Below, piece after piece: positions 60,666 through 60,897 of a stretch of DNA of 60,897 nucleotides. Position 1 is the stretch's first letter; every line of letters begins with the position of its first letter. Source of the DNA: an uncultured Rickettsiales bacterium. Its GTDB lineage: Bacteria; Pseudomonadota; Alphaproteobacteria; Rickettsiales; UBA1997. The DNA lies in NCBI GenBank assembly GCA_944391075.1, contig CALXSG010000005.1, positions 1-60,897 on the forward strand, given 5' to 3'. The notes beneath the pieces are model-generated. The model ran no database searches. It was given only the letters and a program-made list of their open reading frames with translations, and had not been told where the DNA came from. The position numbers and the translations under genes are program-made.

Positions 60666-60897
60666 AAATGTGATTGTAGATTACTTCACATCTTGTGCAA
60701 TAATAAAGAAGAAAATAAAAAATAATTTATTTTTTAGTCACGATATTAAGAGATATTAAAGTGGCTCTCGCCACCAATTAGATATTTATTAATTTTAAAG
60801 GAGTAGTTTTAGTATACCTTAAAAAGTAACCCACCAGCTTAGCTGGTGGTTCTTCATTTTCGGGCATAGCCCTAATACTACTAGCAGCACCTCTAGG

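Noticed and set aside
60700-60897. Hairpins (GTGGC-tctc-GCCAC; CCACCAGC-ttag-GCTGGTGG) and an open - strand frame running off the right edge, considered as a gene 3' end plus terminator or as an RNA gene.
   Set aside because: The segment is too short and is truncated by the window. More than one frame is open and no motif is recognisable, so it cannot be assigned.

Overview
AT-rich (about one quarter G+C by eye), gene-dense bacterial chromosome segment. It looks Gram-negative and probably host-associated: KDO/LPS genes, TolC/HlyD-type efflux parts, murG, an orphan VirB2-like pilin, a CE-clan-protease-like gene and a dense field of palindromic repeats. Recognisable housekeeping genes are birA, an RluA-family pseudouridine synthase, an mgtA-like P-type ATPase, rmuC, ftsK, kdsB, groES/groEL, fmt, murG, yraN, dprA, tkt and tgt. 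There are three defence modules. (1) A complete type II-C-like CRISPR-Cas locus: cas9 (1180 aa), cas1 and cas2 on the - strand, a divergent tracrRNA with a consensus promoter and terminator, and 43 x 36-nt repeats with 42 x 30-nt spacers. By tracr complementarity the array is read on the + strand towards cas2. (2) A type III restriction-modification pair (res/mod). (3) An AAA-ATPase plus RloB-like pair with AbiL/split-OLD architecture. The observations most worth a second look: (a) the cas-distal end of the array has two decayed, promoter-like repeats followed by a 627-bp fragment of a foreign-looking operon sitting exactly in a spacer position; (b) an 818-bp insertion between groES and groEL carries a four-helix-bundle (23S-IVS/Avd-family) gene, bracketed by a 33-bp inverted heptamer repeat and followed by a 3 x 120-bp tandem repeat; (c) two tracts show a one-sided T->C (+ strand) synonymous signature that crosses gene and strand boundaries; (d) the AbiL-like cassette is bracketed by ~150-bp direct repeats that duplicate the mod start and promoter; (e) a ~55-bp AT-rich motif recurs at the edges of the defence modules; (f) a higher-order tandem array of hairpin repeats lies at the right end. 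No rRNA or tRNA gene was recognised. All functional calls rest on motif recognition by eye, with no database search.
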